Source of the DNA: a virus
Taxonomy: Duplodnaviria > Caudoviricetes
Reading direction: 5' to 3' (one strand)
DNA: 42,501 nucleotides
IMG/VR virus record: IMGVR_UViG_3300036798_000555
Location: 1-42,501 of that record
Of the stretch, positions 8,352 to 16,881 are shown one piece after another. The translations under genes and the position numbers were made by a program. Each line of letters starts with the position of its first letter. Position 1 is the stretch's first letter. The notes beneath the pieces were generated by a model. The model ran no database searches. It was not told where the DNA came from and worked only from the letters and a program-made list of their open reading frames with translations.

Positions 8352-9580
8352 AGTGCGACATCTGCGGCCTCGATCCGTGCGAGACGCCGGGCTTCTGCCA
8401 ACACTCACGCCAACTCAACGCCGCCAATTACCGGGAGAGACTGATCATGCCAGAACCAAAAGTCGTGCAGCCGCTGGCGATCGTCGAGAACGCGATCGTC
8501 ATCCTCAGCAAAGATCCGGAGTGGATGAGCAAGCTGGCCTACGACGAGATGCTGCGTAAGACCATGCTGGTCAATTCTGATCCGCGGCCGCTCGAGGACA
8601 ACGACGTCGTCGGCATCCAGTGCTGGCTGCAACGTAACGGCGGCTTGCGCCGCATCGGCAAGTCCTCGACCCAGGATGCGGTCGATCGCTGCTGCCGCGC
8701 TCATCGCTACCACCCGCTGCGCGACTATCTCACCGCGCTCGAATGGGACGGCACCGCGCGGGTCGACAACTGGCTGACCCGCTACCTCGGCGCCGAAGAC
8801 ACGGCGTACACACAACAGATCGGCCGGATGTTCTTGGTGGCGATGGTGGCGCGCATTCTGCGCCCCGGCTGCAAGGCCGACCACATGATGGTGCTGGAAG
8901 GCGCGCAGGGCATCAAAAAATCGATGGCCTGTCAGGTGCTGGCCGGCGACTACTTCACCGACAATCTGCGCGATATCGACCACAAGGACGTGTCGCTGCA
9001 TCTGCGCGGCGTCTGGCTGGTCGAAATCTCCGAGATGCACGCCATCGGCCGCGCCGAGGCCACCGCGCTGAAAGCCTTCATGTCACGCCAGGAGGAGCGG
9101 TTCCGGCCGCCCTACGGGCGCGAAGAGGTGATCGAGCCGCGGCAATGCGTGTTCGTCGGCACCTCAAACAAGGACCAGTACCTGCGCGATGAAACCGGCG
9201 GCCGGCGGTTCTGGCCGGTGAAATGCGGAACCATCGACATCGAAGGCCTCAAGGCCGATCGCGGCCAATTGTTGGCCGAAGCGGTAGCCCTGTTCGAAGA
9301 GCGCGAGCCGTGGTGGCCCGACGCCGCCTTCGAGGCCGAATACATCGAGCCACAGCAGGAAACCCGCTACGAAGCCGACGAATGGGCAAACTTGATCGAG
9401 GATCACCTCGCCAACCGCATGCTCGGCGACAAAACCACCATCGCCCAAATCGCCAAGGAAGCCCTCGGCCTCGAACCAGCGCGCCTCGGTATGGCCGAGC
9501 AAAAACGCATCAGTGCCATCCTCCGCCGCCTCGGATTGAAAGCCAAAGTCGGTAACGGCAGACGCTGGTGGGAACGCTAG
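8348..9580 (+). CDS. VirE/VapE-family SF3-type helicase with N-terminal Cys motif
   Basis: Walker A LEGAQGIKKS, Walker B WLVEISE, FVGTSN, DETGGRRFWPV; N-terminal C..CG..PC....FC. Confidence 0.88.
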   Translation: MKCDICGLDPCETPGFCQHSRQLNAANYRERLIMPEPKVVQPLAIVENAIVILSKDPEWMSKLAYDEMLRKTMLVNSDPRPLEDNDVVGIQCWLQRNGGLRRIGKSSTQDAVDRCCRAHRYHPLRDYLTALEWDGTARVDNWLTRYLGAEDTAYTQQIGRMFLVAMVARILRPGCKADHMMVLEGAQGIKKSMACQVLAGDYFTDNLRDIDHKDVSLHLRGVWLVEISEMHAIGRAEATALKAFMSRQEERFRPPYGREEVIEPRQCVFVGTSNKDQYLRDETGGRRFWPVKCGTIDIEGLKADRGQLLAEAVALFEEREPWWPDAAFEAEYIEPQQETRYEADEWANLIEDHLANRMLGDKTTIAQIAKEALGLEPARLGMAEQKRISAILRRLGLKAKVGNGRRWWER

Positions 9581-9723
9581 CCAGTACACCAGTACACCTC
9601 AGTACACGTACTGCCTAGGAGGACCTTGCGCGCGCGCGCGATACGCCTCTATTGGGAAGTACGCGTACTACCTGTACTTTGTGTCTGATCTCCGACATAA
9701 GCGCGTCTGATCTCCGACATAAG
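9581..9723. repeat. putative replication origin: CAGTACAC x3, (GC)n run, 19-bp direct repeat x2
   Basis: CAGTACAC at 9582, 9590, 9600; GTCTGATCTCCGACATAAG at 9683 and 9705; directly downstream of the helicase. Confidence 0.55.
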
Positions 9724-9920
9724 ATGGAACTCGCTTTGGGAAAAACGGGCAGGGGGCCTGGCGCGATTTTCGCGCCGCGGTCCAAGAGACGTGCGACGGT
9801 CACCGGTCGCATTCTATCATTGTTGTCAATGACATAGGCTAGGCTAGCACGCCTAGCGGGCAAGTCAACACACACTAGCGCATGGGTGGTAAATGGCTGT
9901 AGGCCGAGTTGGCAGGTATG

Positions 9921-10457
9921 TCAGACCCATGTGCCCAGGTGCTGCCGCTTCCGGACCTCGTCCAGGAGGGTGTAGGGCGGCTTGATGATTGGGTCGTCCT
10001 GTTTGATGAAATGCGCCGGTCGGTCGCCAGCGGGATCGGTGATCGGTCTGGTCTGCGCCTCGTGGCCCCAGCACCAGCCGGAAATTTCGTAGCGCGGATG
10101 GTCATGACCGCGTACCAGAAGATAGGCCCACTCCGGGGGATCATCCCATTGCACGATCAGGTCGTACCAGGATTGACTGCGCCCTTTGCAGTTGATGAAC
10201 AGGTCACCGACCGCGTAATCGGGCAGTTTGGTGATGTCGACCACGACTGCCCTCCCCTGCCACAGGATCGGTCGCAAGTACAACCAGCCGGCTATCTCGC
10301 AGCGGGTTCCGATACGGTGTGGAACGACCGATTGCGGCGCGCGATTCCGGGGTGGCCGGTTCAGCCGGATAGCGAGCTCGTGCCGCTCATTCGAAATCTT
10401 GTCGGCCTCTTCCCAATCTTCTTTTTCGAGCACAAGCCATGACGGTACGTACGGCAT
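9921..10457 (-). CDS. phage protein with restriction-endonuclease-like (PD-(D/E)XK-type) pattern
   Basis: GGAGGG RBS before ATG 10457; H.IG..CE.A, PD....., INCK and I.GW..G.EA motifs. Confidence 0.5.
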   Translation of the reverse strand: MPYVPSWLVLEKEDWEEADKISNERHELAIRLNRPPRNRAPQSVVPHRIGTRCEIAGWLYLRPILWQGRAVVVDITKLPDYAVGDLFINCKGRSQSWYDLIVQWDDPPEWAYLLVRGHDHPRYEISGWCWGHEAQTRPITDPAGDRPAHFIKQDDPIIKPPYTLLDEVRKRQHLGTWV

Positions 10458-10566
10458 CTGTCCCTCCCTGGGTGAACCAGGCCCTCCCGGGCCTGTCGTA
10501 CTGAGTCCCCCCACCGGGGGAACTCCTGTATTTCCCATCTAGCGCTACGAACACCGCTTGGTTATG

Positions 10567-10643
10567 GTTCGGTGTTCGGTGTTCGGTGTTCGGTGTTCGG
10601 TGTTCGGTGTTCGGTGTTCATTGTTCATCGTTCATCGTTCATC
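10567..10643. repeat. heptamer tandem array (GTTCGGT)7(GTTCATT)(GTTCATC)3
   Basis: read directly; intergenic. Confidence 0.95.
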
Positions 10644-10684
10644 GCTGGTGGTGGAGAGCCCCCGGCGGGTACGCGCACAGCTAG

Positions 10685-10716
10685 CGGTCGGTCCCGGTGG
10701 GGCCGGCCGTTTTCTT
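10685..10716 (+). terminator. Rho-independent terminator-like hairpin
   Basis: CGGTCGGTCC/GGGCCGGCCG stem (with G-U pairs) followed by TTTTCTT. Confidence 0.6.
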
Positions 10717-11762
10717 CAGGCGATAGTATCCTGGGTAGGCGCATCCTCAATGAAGCGCCAACTGACCTGACCCATGCCAGAGAGCCCGATGAGCTTGGCG
10801 GCGCCCGGTGTGATGTCGATGCCGGCGCCGTTCGGGACCGCGCCTTCGTTCGGTCCGCGCGGTAGCTCCATGTCGTTCTCGCTGCAGGTCTCGGCCAGCG
10901 GCCGGCGGTTGTTTTGCCAATAGGGATCGTCGGTCAGCCACGGTCCCAGATCGCGGATCTTGCAGAGTGCCTCGCGGCCGGTGGCGAGGTTGCGGACCAG
11001 CACCAGCGGCCGAGCGTCCGGAAACTTCCACGGCAGCGCGCACGATATTTCGGAATCAGTTATTTCGTCGTACGGCGCATAGGCGCTGTTGTTCGGGTCG
11101 CTGCCGCCACCGAACACCGAGCATTTGATGTCGCTGGTGAAGGCCGAGAACACCGAGATCTCGAACGAGGGCGGCTCAGTGGGGGGCTCGACCGGCGGCG
11201 CGATCGGCGGCTCGACCGGCTGCTCGTCAATGACCTGACCGCTGATCGCCTCGGCGAGAGCCGCGCAAATCCCCGAGAACTCGGCGCGATACAGTGCGGC
11301 ATCGGCTTGGCTATCGACGAAACAGGTTTCAACCAAGATCGCCGGCTCGGCGGTGTTATTCAGGAAAAACAGGTCACTGCGGTATTTCGGGCCGCGATCG
11401 ATGAAGCCGCCGGCTTGTGAGATCTTGTCAGCGACCTTGCCGGCTAAGCTTTCCTGGGTCACGTACAGGCATTCCGTCCCCATGGGTTTGCTGGTGACTT
11501 GATAGGCGTTGAAGTGTATGCTACATGCGAGATCGCAAGGCTGGCTATTATGCCAATCGACAATCCTGTTCAGGTTCTCATTCTGAGTTTTTGAGACGTC
11601 GTCATGATAGGTAGCGACCTGACAGCCGACTTGTCGCAGATAACTGGCGGTTTCCTCGACCACCCGGCGGGCTTCGTCCACTTCGTCGAGTCCCCACGGC
11701 GGCGGTCCAGCCGCGCCGCGCACGTATTTGCCATGTCCAGAACTGATGGTAAATCGGGTCAT
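10716..11762 (-). CDS. endolysin: N-acetylmuramoyl-L-alanine amidase (Amidase_3) plus C-terminal RlpA-like DPBB domain
   Basis: [22 protein letters not shown] motifs; Pro-rich linker; CALP...V.VRN..TG.....IRDLGP...IDITP.AA. Confidence 0.88.
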   Translation of the reverse strand: MTRFTISSGHGKYVRGAAGPPPWGLDEVDEARRVVEETASYLRQVGCQVATYHDDVSKTQNENLNRIVDWHNSQPCDLACSIHFNAYQVTSKPMGTECLYVTQESLAGKVADKISQAGGFIDRGPKYRSDLFFLNNTAEPAILVETCFVDSQADAALYRAEFSGICAALAEAISGQVIDEQPVEPPIAPPVEPPTEPPSFEISVFSAFTSDIKCSVFGGGSDPNNSAYAPYDEITDSEISCALPWKFPDARPLVLVRNLATGREALCKIRDLGPWLTDDPYWQNNRRPLAETCSENDMELPRGPNEGAVPNGAGIDITPGAAKLIGLSGMGQVSWRFIEDAPTQDTIA

Positions 11763-11770
11763 ATTGCACC

Positions 11771-12292
11771 ATGCCTCGAAGGTTGATTGACATTGCGGGG
11801 CAGCGATTTCAGCGGCTCACCGTTCTGAAGTCTATCAGGCGGGATGGACGAGGCGGCCGTTCTCTTTGGTTGTGTCAATGCGATTGTGGGGAAAACGTCA
11901 TTGCCTATTCTTACAATCTTCGATCCGGCAACACGGGATCATGCGGTTGCCTTCATCGGAAGATCAGTCGCGAATTTCATCTCCGTCACGGTGAAGGTGA
12001 TTTTCGGAACGGCAAGTCAACGCGCGAATACAAAAGTTGGTGTTCGATGCGCGCGCGCTGCCTCAATCCAAATAACCCCGCCTATAGGCGTTATGGTGGC
12101 CGCGGAATCAACATTTGCGAACGCTGGAATAGCTACGAGAATTTTTTGGCTGACATGGGGCGCTGCCCGTCTGGGTGGACACTCGACCGCATCGACAATA
12201 ACGGCAACTACGAATCTGCGAATTGTCGCTGGGCTACTCCAAAACAGCAAGCCAACAACCGCCGTTCAAATAAAACGCCGGACGCCACGTGA
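11771..12292 (+). CDS. HNH homing-type endonuclease
   Basis: [53 protein letters not shown]. Confidence 0.9.
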   Translation: MPRRLIDIAGQRFQRLTVLKSIRRDGRGGRSLWLCQCDCGENVIAYSYNLRSGNTGSCGCLHRKISREFHLRHGEGDFRNGKSTREYKSWCSMRARCLNPNNPAYRRYGGRGINICERWNSYENFLADMGRCPSGWTLDRIDNNGNYESANCRWATPKQQANNRRSNKTPDAT

Positions 12293-12318
12293 GCGCCCGG
12301 CGCGATGATGTGCAACGT

Positions 12319-12873
12319 TTACTTTCTGCCTGGCGCCGGTGCCGGCACGTTGGGAGTACCGACCACCACCCAGCCGGTTTCTTCGCTCCAGCCGATGTGC
12401 CACTCGATCAGTTTCGGCCGCTCACCACCCGGAGGTGTCGGCGGCAGGAAGATTGGCGGCGTCGGGAACGGCTCGTTGCTGCCGCCCCAAATGCCGAGCG
12501 GCGGCGGCGGGATCACGATCGGATGCGCCGGTACGCCCGGTGATACCGCGTCTGGCGGGATCACGATCGGATGGGTCGGGAACGGATCAGTCGGCCCCCA
12601 GATGCCCGGCGGCAGATAGATCGGATGTTCCGGCTTGCCACCACCGAGGCTCCCCGGCGGAATCACGATCGGATGCGCCGGATAGATCGGAATGTAGATC
12701 GGATGCGTCGGCACTCCCGGCCCAATGCAGTCCGGAGGAATAATTACGATCGGGTGTGTCGGCACGGGTGGGATCGGATGCGCCGGATATTCGGGCGGCC
12801 CACCGGGCGCGATCGGGTGCGCCGGCACGCCGGGCGTTATCGGAGTAATCAAGGCGTAGAAACTTTGCGGCAT
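12319..12873 (-). CDS. proline-rich PxHPI-repeat protein
   Basis: AGGAG RBS before ATG 12873; eight P[ATE]HPI repeats; C-terminal W...W....GW.VV. Confidence 0.75.
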   Translation of the reverse strand: MPQSFYALITPITPGVPAHPIAPGGPPEYPAHPIPPVPTHPIVIIPPDCIGPGVPTHPIYIPIYPAHPIVIPPGSLGGGKPEHPIYLPPGIWGPTDPFPTHPIVIPPDAVSPGVPAHPIVIPPPPLGIWGGSNEPFPTPPIFLPPTPPGGERPKLIEWHIGWSEETGWVVVGTPNVPAPAPGRK

Positions 12874-13008
12874 TTTAGCTCTCCTGTTCAATGGATTTGG
12901 AAATTGCTAACAAGGGTGCCGCGGCGGCAGCGCGGTTACGGATACCGCGTCTTCGGTCTGCAGTCCTAGCCACCGCGGCATTATGTGATTAGCACTGGAG
13001 CAGTGCTC

Positions 13009-13158
13009 ATGCCACTGCGCGGCAGCGTCAGCGATCGAATCCACGAACTTGTCCACCATGGTTCCAGACCGCGATCGCACAAGCAGATCGTCGCCATCGC
13101 CTTGAACTCAGCGCGCAAGTCGCGCCGGAAGCGTCATCGACGCTCACGGTCGTCGTAG
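13009..13158 (+). CDS. small basic protein (49 aa, MPLRGSVSDRIHELVHHG...KQIVAIALNSARKSRRKRHRRSRSS)
   Basis: GGAG RBS; MPL...I.E....G....Q.VAIAL..AR pattern of common small phage basic proteins. Confidence 0.65.
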   Translation: MPLRGSVSDRIHELVHHGSRPRSHKQIVAIALNSARKSRRKRHRRSRSS

Positions 13159-13304
13159 AATGTTTTGAGTTTGCGCTGCATGGCGTCGTAGATGTCGGCA
13201 GCAACCCTGTCGCGATCGTGCCGCCCGAGGTCAGGGAAAGTTTCGCACACCAGCGCGACCGTGCTGACGATTAGCTCGATCTCCCAGTCTTGCAATTTTT
13301 TCAT
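13134..13304 (-). CDS. hypothetical protein (56 aa)
   Basis: GGAG RBS before ATG 13304. Confidence 0.45.
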   Translation of the reverse strand: MKKLQDWEIELIVSTVALVCETFPDLGRHDRDRVAADIYDAMQRKLKTFYDDRERR

Positions 13305-13395
13305 AGCTCCAACACCTCGACTGCGTAATACGCATAGCATGGAACGATTCACCTCCTGTTAGGATGAGAAGCTACTCTCCCCAACGGAGGCCACG

Positions 13396-13713
13396 ATGAA
13401 CGACTCGCCAAATCCCGACGATCGTACTCTGCAGAAATTTGCCCCCAAGCGTCTGCGCGAAACCGAGCTCACGCTCGGCGACATTGCCAAAGCGCCGTCT
13501 GCCTTGGTGCCGGATTACACCAAGGAAGCGGAGCAGGAGATACGCTCTTCCATCAAGCGCTACTACGACATCGTCGCTGAGCTTGAAGGCGTGCGCACCG
13601 AGAATGATCGTTTGCGCCGCCGTGTGCAGATGCTCGAGGAAGAGCTCGGTCAGAATTATCTGCGCGCTGTGATGTCGCTGCGCAATGCCGAAATGAGCCC
13701 GCCAAAAGCATGA
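13396..13713 (+). CDS. hypothetical coiled-coil protein
   Basis: GGAGG RBS; ATGA coupling to the next gene. Confidence 0.7.
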   Translation: MNDSPNPDDRTLQKFAPKRLRETELTLGDIAKAPSALVPDYTKEAEQEIRSSIKRYYDIVAELEGVRTENDRLRRRVQMLEEELGQNYLRAVMSLRNAEMSPPKA

Positions 13714-13949
13714 CGGACAAGCGTGACGCGCACGACGCGCGTATGGATCAGCTAGCGCGCAAGGTCAGCCGCTTACTCCACGGCGAAGACCTCTTCGATG
13801 TTGCCTGCGTCTGCGCGCTGGTGACGGCGTACGCGATCAAGGAGTCATATCCGACACGCGAAACGCGTCACGTCGCATTGGAGAAGATTCACGAGTTCAT
13901 GGTGGAGCACATCAACTTCCAGGAGGAGTCCGATGAACGAACAACCTAA
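13710..13949 (+). CDS. hypothetical protein
   Basis: coupled in the operon. Confidence 0.65.
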   Translation: MTDKRDAHDARMDQLARKVSRLLHGEDLFDVACVCALVTAYAIKESYPTRETRHVALEKIHEFMVEHINFQEESDERTT

Positions 13950-14724
13950 AAACCTGCAAGTCGTCGCACCACGCGACTATCACGACATCATCACCAAAGT
14001 CGCATCGGTCAAGGACGTCGATGTCGACAAGCTCGAACGGTTGATGAAAATTCAGGAGGAATGGGAAAAGCGTCAGGCGGCGACGCACTTCAACGAACAG
14101 ATGGCGCTGGCCCAGGGCGCCATGACGCAGATCTCAAAGGACAGCGCCAACCCGCTCACCCGCTCGACCTACGCCTCGCTCGAGGCGCTCGATCAAGCAA
14201 TCCGGCCGATCTATACCCAGCATGGGTTCTCAGTTGCGTTCAACGACGAAACCCCGGATGAGCGCCGCGACGGTTGGTTGCGGCTCATTGCCTACGTGTC
14301 TAACGGTGCGGAAACCCGTCCCTACACCAAATGGATTCCGTGGGGAACGACCGGAATCCGTGGACAAACAGCAATGACGGCGACACACGCTTCGATCGGT
14401 GCGGTAACTTATGGGCGTCGTGCGCTGTTGAAAATGATCTTCAACCTTGCCGAAGAAGAGGATGACGGCAATATGGCCGGGGGGCGGAAGCGTGCAAAGA
14501 CTGAAATGGAAGGCTCTCCTGAAGGCGCGCAAGGCGATCAGCAAACAACCCCGCTCGATGCCGACGGCCTCATCACAGGCATGCGCGCCTGCCGTGGCCA
14601 CAGCGAGCTCTATCTCTACAAAGAAACAACCGTAGCGCCGCGTTGGAAAAACTTGGTTTTGGCCGATCGCGAGCGACTTGAGAAAGAGTACAACGACCTG
14701 ATGACGAAGTTTGCGGAGGCGTAA
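13933..14724 (+). CDS. erf: ERF-family single-strand annealing protein
   Basis: NP..RS.YASLE......PI...HGF and G.A.TY.RR.LL..IFNL....DDGN motifs. Confidence 0.88.
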   Translation: MNEQPKNLQVVAPRDYHDIITKVASVKDVDVDKLERLMKIQEEWEKRQAATHFNEQMALAQGAMTQISKDSANPLTRSTYASLEALDQAIRPIYTQHGFSVAFNDETPDERRDGWLRLIAYVSNGAETRPYTKWIPWGTTGIRGQTAMTATHASIGAVTYGRRALLKMIFNLAEEEDDGNMAGGRKRAKTEMEGSPEGAQGDQQTTPLDADGLITGMRACRGHSELYLYKETTVAPRWKNLVLADRERLEKEYNDLMTKFAEA

Positions 14725-14828
14725 TGATTAGGATTTATAAATCAGCAGCAGCAGGATGGGTGATCGCGCTACGCTGGCGGGATGGTTGGCAGCAGTGGCG
14801 CGCATGGCATATTCATCGGGTTCACTGA
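14724..14828 (+). CDS. Trp-rich micro-ORF (34 aa, MIRIYKSAAAGWVIALRWRDGWQQWRAWHIHRVH)
   Basis: GGAGG upstream, TAATG overlap with erf, stop abuts the exonuclease ATG. Confidence 0.5.
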   Translation: MIRIYKSAAAGWVIALRWRDGWQQWRAWHIHRVH

Positions 14829-15590
14829 ATGAGCGACGGACAGAATGCGCCAATCATCGATCGCTGTGCGCAGTTGTCGGAGCAGTGGATAAAATTGCGG
14901 TGTGGCCTCCCGACCGCATCGAAATTCCACAAGATCGTGACGCCGAAGAAAGCCGAGCTCAGCGAGATGCGCTGGAAGTACCTCTACCGGCTGGTCGCCG
15001 AACGGCTGATGGGCACGTACTTGCCCGAGCGCGAAGACCGCGAGCACATGCGCTACTGGCAGGAGCGCGGCATGGCGATGCAGCCGATCGCCGCCGAGCA
15101 TTTCGAGCGGCAGTTCATGTGCAAGCTCGAGCCGATCGGGTTTGTGCTCACGGCGGATAAGAAATTCGGCGCCAGTCCAGATTACCTCGTGGCCGGCACC
15201 AACGAAGCCGTCGAGATCAAATGCCCGGCGCCGTGGCACATGGTCGAATATCTGCTCACCGATTCGACGGCCGAAGAGGGGCCGCGCAATCCGTGGTGGG
15301 TGAATTACCGGCCGCAGGTGCAGGGCCAATTGTTCGTTGGCCAATGGGATGCCGTACACCTGTATTGCTGGCACCCGCGCACGCCGCCCAAATACGAGTA
15401 TACGCGGCGCGATCGGCCCTACATCGAGATCCTCAGCAAGGAGCTCTACAAGTTTGCCGACGCGCTCGATGAGGCAGAGGCCGAGGCGAAGCGGCTGGGC
15501 GAGTTCAAAACCGACCAGGATGTACTTGGCGAGTCCGTCCTGGACGGCAGTGACCCCGATGGGGAACTTTGGGAGGGAGTGGGGTCATGA
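14829..15590 (+). CDS. YqaJ/lambda-exonuclease-family recombination exonuclease
   Basis: Q.S.QW...R.G..TAS, GASPD, VEIKCP, Y..QVQGQL motifs. Confidence 0.9.
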   Translation: MSDGQNAPIIDRCAQLSEQWIKLRCGLPTASKFHKIVTPKKAELSEMRWKYLYRLVAERLMGTYLPEREDREHMRYWQERGMAMQPIAAEHFERQFMCKLEPIGFVLTADKKFGASPDYLVAGTNEAVEIKCPAPWHMVEYLLTDSTAEEGPRNPWWVNYRPQVQGQLFVGQWDAVHLYCWHPRTPPKYEYTRRDRPYIEILSKELYKFADALDEAEAEAKRLGEFKTDQDVLGESVLDGSDPDGELWEGVGS

Positions 15591-15755
15591 TCGCAGGGCC
15601 GGGAGCCCAGGGTAGGGGAACTGTCCGTGGCTCCCGCTCTGCGGTTCTGCCATGATTCGCCGGATCGTCTGTCGTCTATGGAAGGCCCTGCCGTGGCCTA
15701 GGCGAGCCCGCAGGCGCGTTTTGCAGGTCCGGGGCTCTGGGATACCGGGAGACGG

Positions 15756-16055
15756 GTGATGCGTTACTGTGCGGTCTGCGGAAAGGATATTTCGGGCAAA
15801 CGACCGGAAGCCAAGTATTGCTCCAATCGCTGCCAGAAGCGCGCCAAGACCGCCGCAGGCCGTCTATTATCGCAGCCGACCCCGGTAGAGGCCCCAAGGC
15901 CGCCCAAACCCAAATGGCCGGGCTTTGTGCAGGTCGCGGGGCCGCTCTTGACGCCCGTAGAGCTCCACTGCGCTTCCGTGTCCGATCGCGATCCGAGGAC
16001 GGGGAGGAGTTCCTACGAGGACACCGAGGAGCGGAACCGGAAGCTATTTCCGTGA
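15756..16055 (+). CDS. zinc-finger protein
   Basis: C..CGK......AKYCS.RC. Confidence 0.65.
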   Translation: MMRYCAVCGKDISGKRPEAKYCSNRCQKRAKTAAGRLLSQPTPVEAPRPPKPKWPGFVQVAGPLLTPVELHCASVSDRDPRTGRSSYEDTEERNRKLFP

Positions 16056-16100
16056 GGTGAGCCAGACGCAGTAGACTGCCTCTGAAGAGGAGACAAACCC

Positions 16101-16574
16101 ATGGCTAAGACGCCCAAACACGAAGAACCAGAGCGCCATGAGCGCGCCCACCACGCAGATCACGAGCGCGACGCCCCACCGGCCGAGCGCGCCGCCCCGG
16201 CGCCACTGGCGCCCGTCACGCCGATCGGGATCACCGCGGCAACCTGGGCCGCCGGCCAGGCGACCTTCACGACGGCCTCGCCGCATGGCTACCCCATCGG
16301 CCGGGTGGTCACCATCGCCGGGGTCAGTCCGGCCGGCTACAACGGCGCGTTTACCACGGTGACCGGCACCACGGGCTCGACCCTTGTCGTCGCGATGCCG
16401 ACCAATCCGGGAACCTATGCGTCCGACGGCTCGATTTCGCCCGGGAACCCAAAGGCGATCATGACCTCGATGGGAATCGCGCTGGATCGCAACGGCGACC
16501 TTTGGCAAACGAGTGGCAATGCCTTGGTTTGGCTTGCTAATACGCAGGTTGTCGTGAACCCGGTCGTGGAATAG
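16101..16574 (+). CDS. putative virion decoration protein with FCCH-like beta domain
   Basis: GAGGAG RBS; TTASPHG...G..VTIAGV....YNG.F pattern. Confidence 0.6.
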   Translation: MAKTPKHEEPERHERAHHADHERDAPPAERAAPAPLAPVTPIGITAATWAAGQATFTTASPHGYPIGRVVTIAGVSPAGYNGAFTTVTGTTGSTLVVAMPTNPGTYASDGSISPGNPKAIMTSMGIALDRNGDLWQTSGNALVWLANTQVVVNPVVE

Positions 16575-16578
16575 GGCG

Positions 16579-16881
16579 ATGTCCCGGCGCAAGAAGCAAT
16601 CCTATAAGCCCGGGTTCCACGAGGTGCTCTACCAGGGCACCCCGCGCGATCCCAACCGCTGGGATTGGAACAGCCACCGCTGGATTAGCGATAAGAAGGC
16701 GCAAGGCCGGATAAGACGAGACAGGGTAGAGCGATTGCAGCGGCATATATTCCAAGCGCAATCAACCTCGACTGATCCAGCGGATGACCCGACAGCAGAA
16801 CGACGGCAGTTAGAGCGATTCCGCCGGCGACACCAAGCAGCGCGATTAAGCGGGCGCTTAGGACCCAAACCAGAACGTTGA
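16579..16881 (+). CDS. basic hypothetical protein
   Basis: starts 4 bp after the previous gene; 3' half overlaps an antisense ORF. Confidence 0.4.
   Translation: MSRRKKQSYKPGFHEVLYQGTPRDPNRWDWNSHRWISDKKAQGRIRRDRVERLQRHIFQAQSTSTDPADDPTAERRQLERFRRRHQAARLSGRLGPKPER

Noticed and set aside
10567-10643. CRISPR array
   Set aside because: 7-bp tandem units with no spacers; no cas genes
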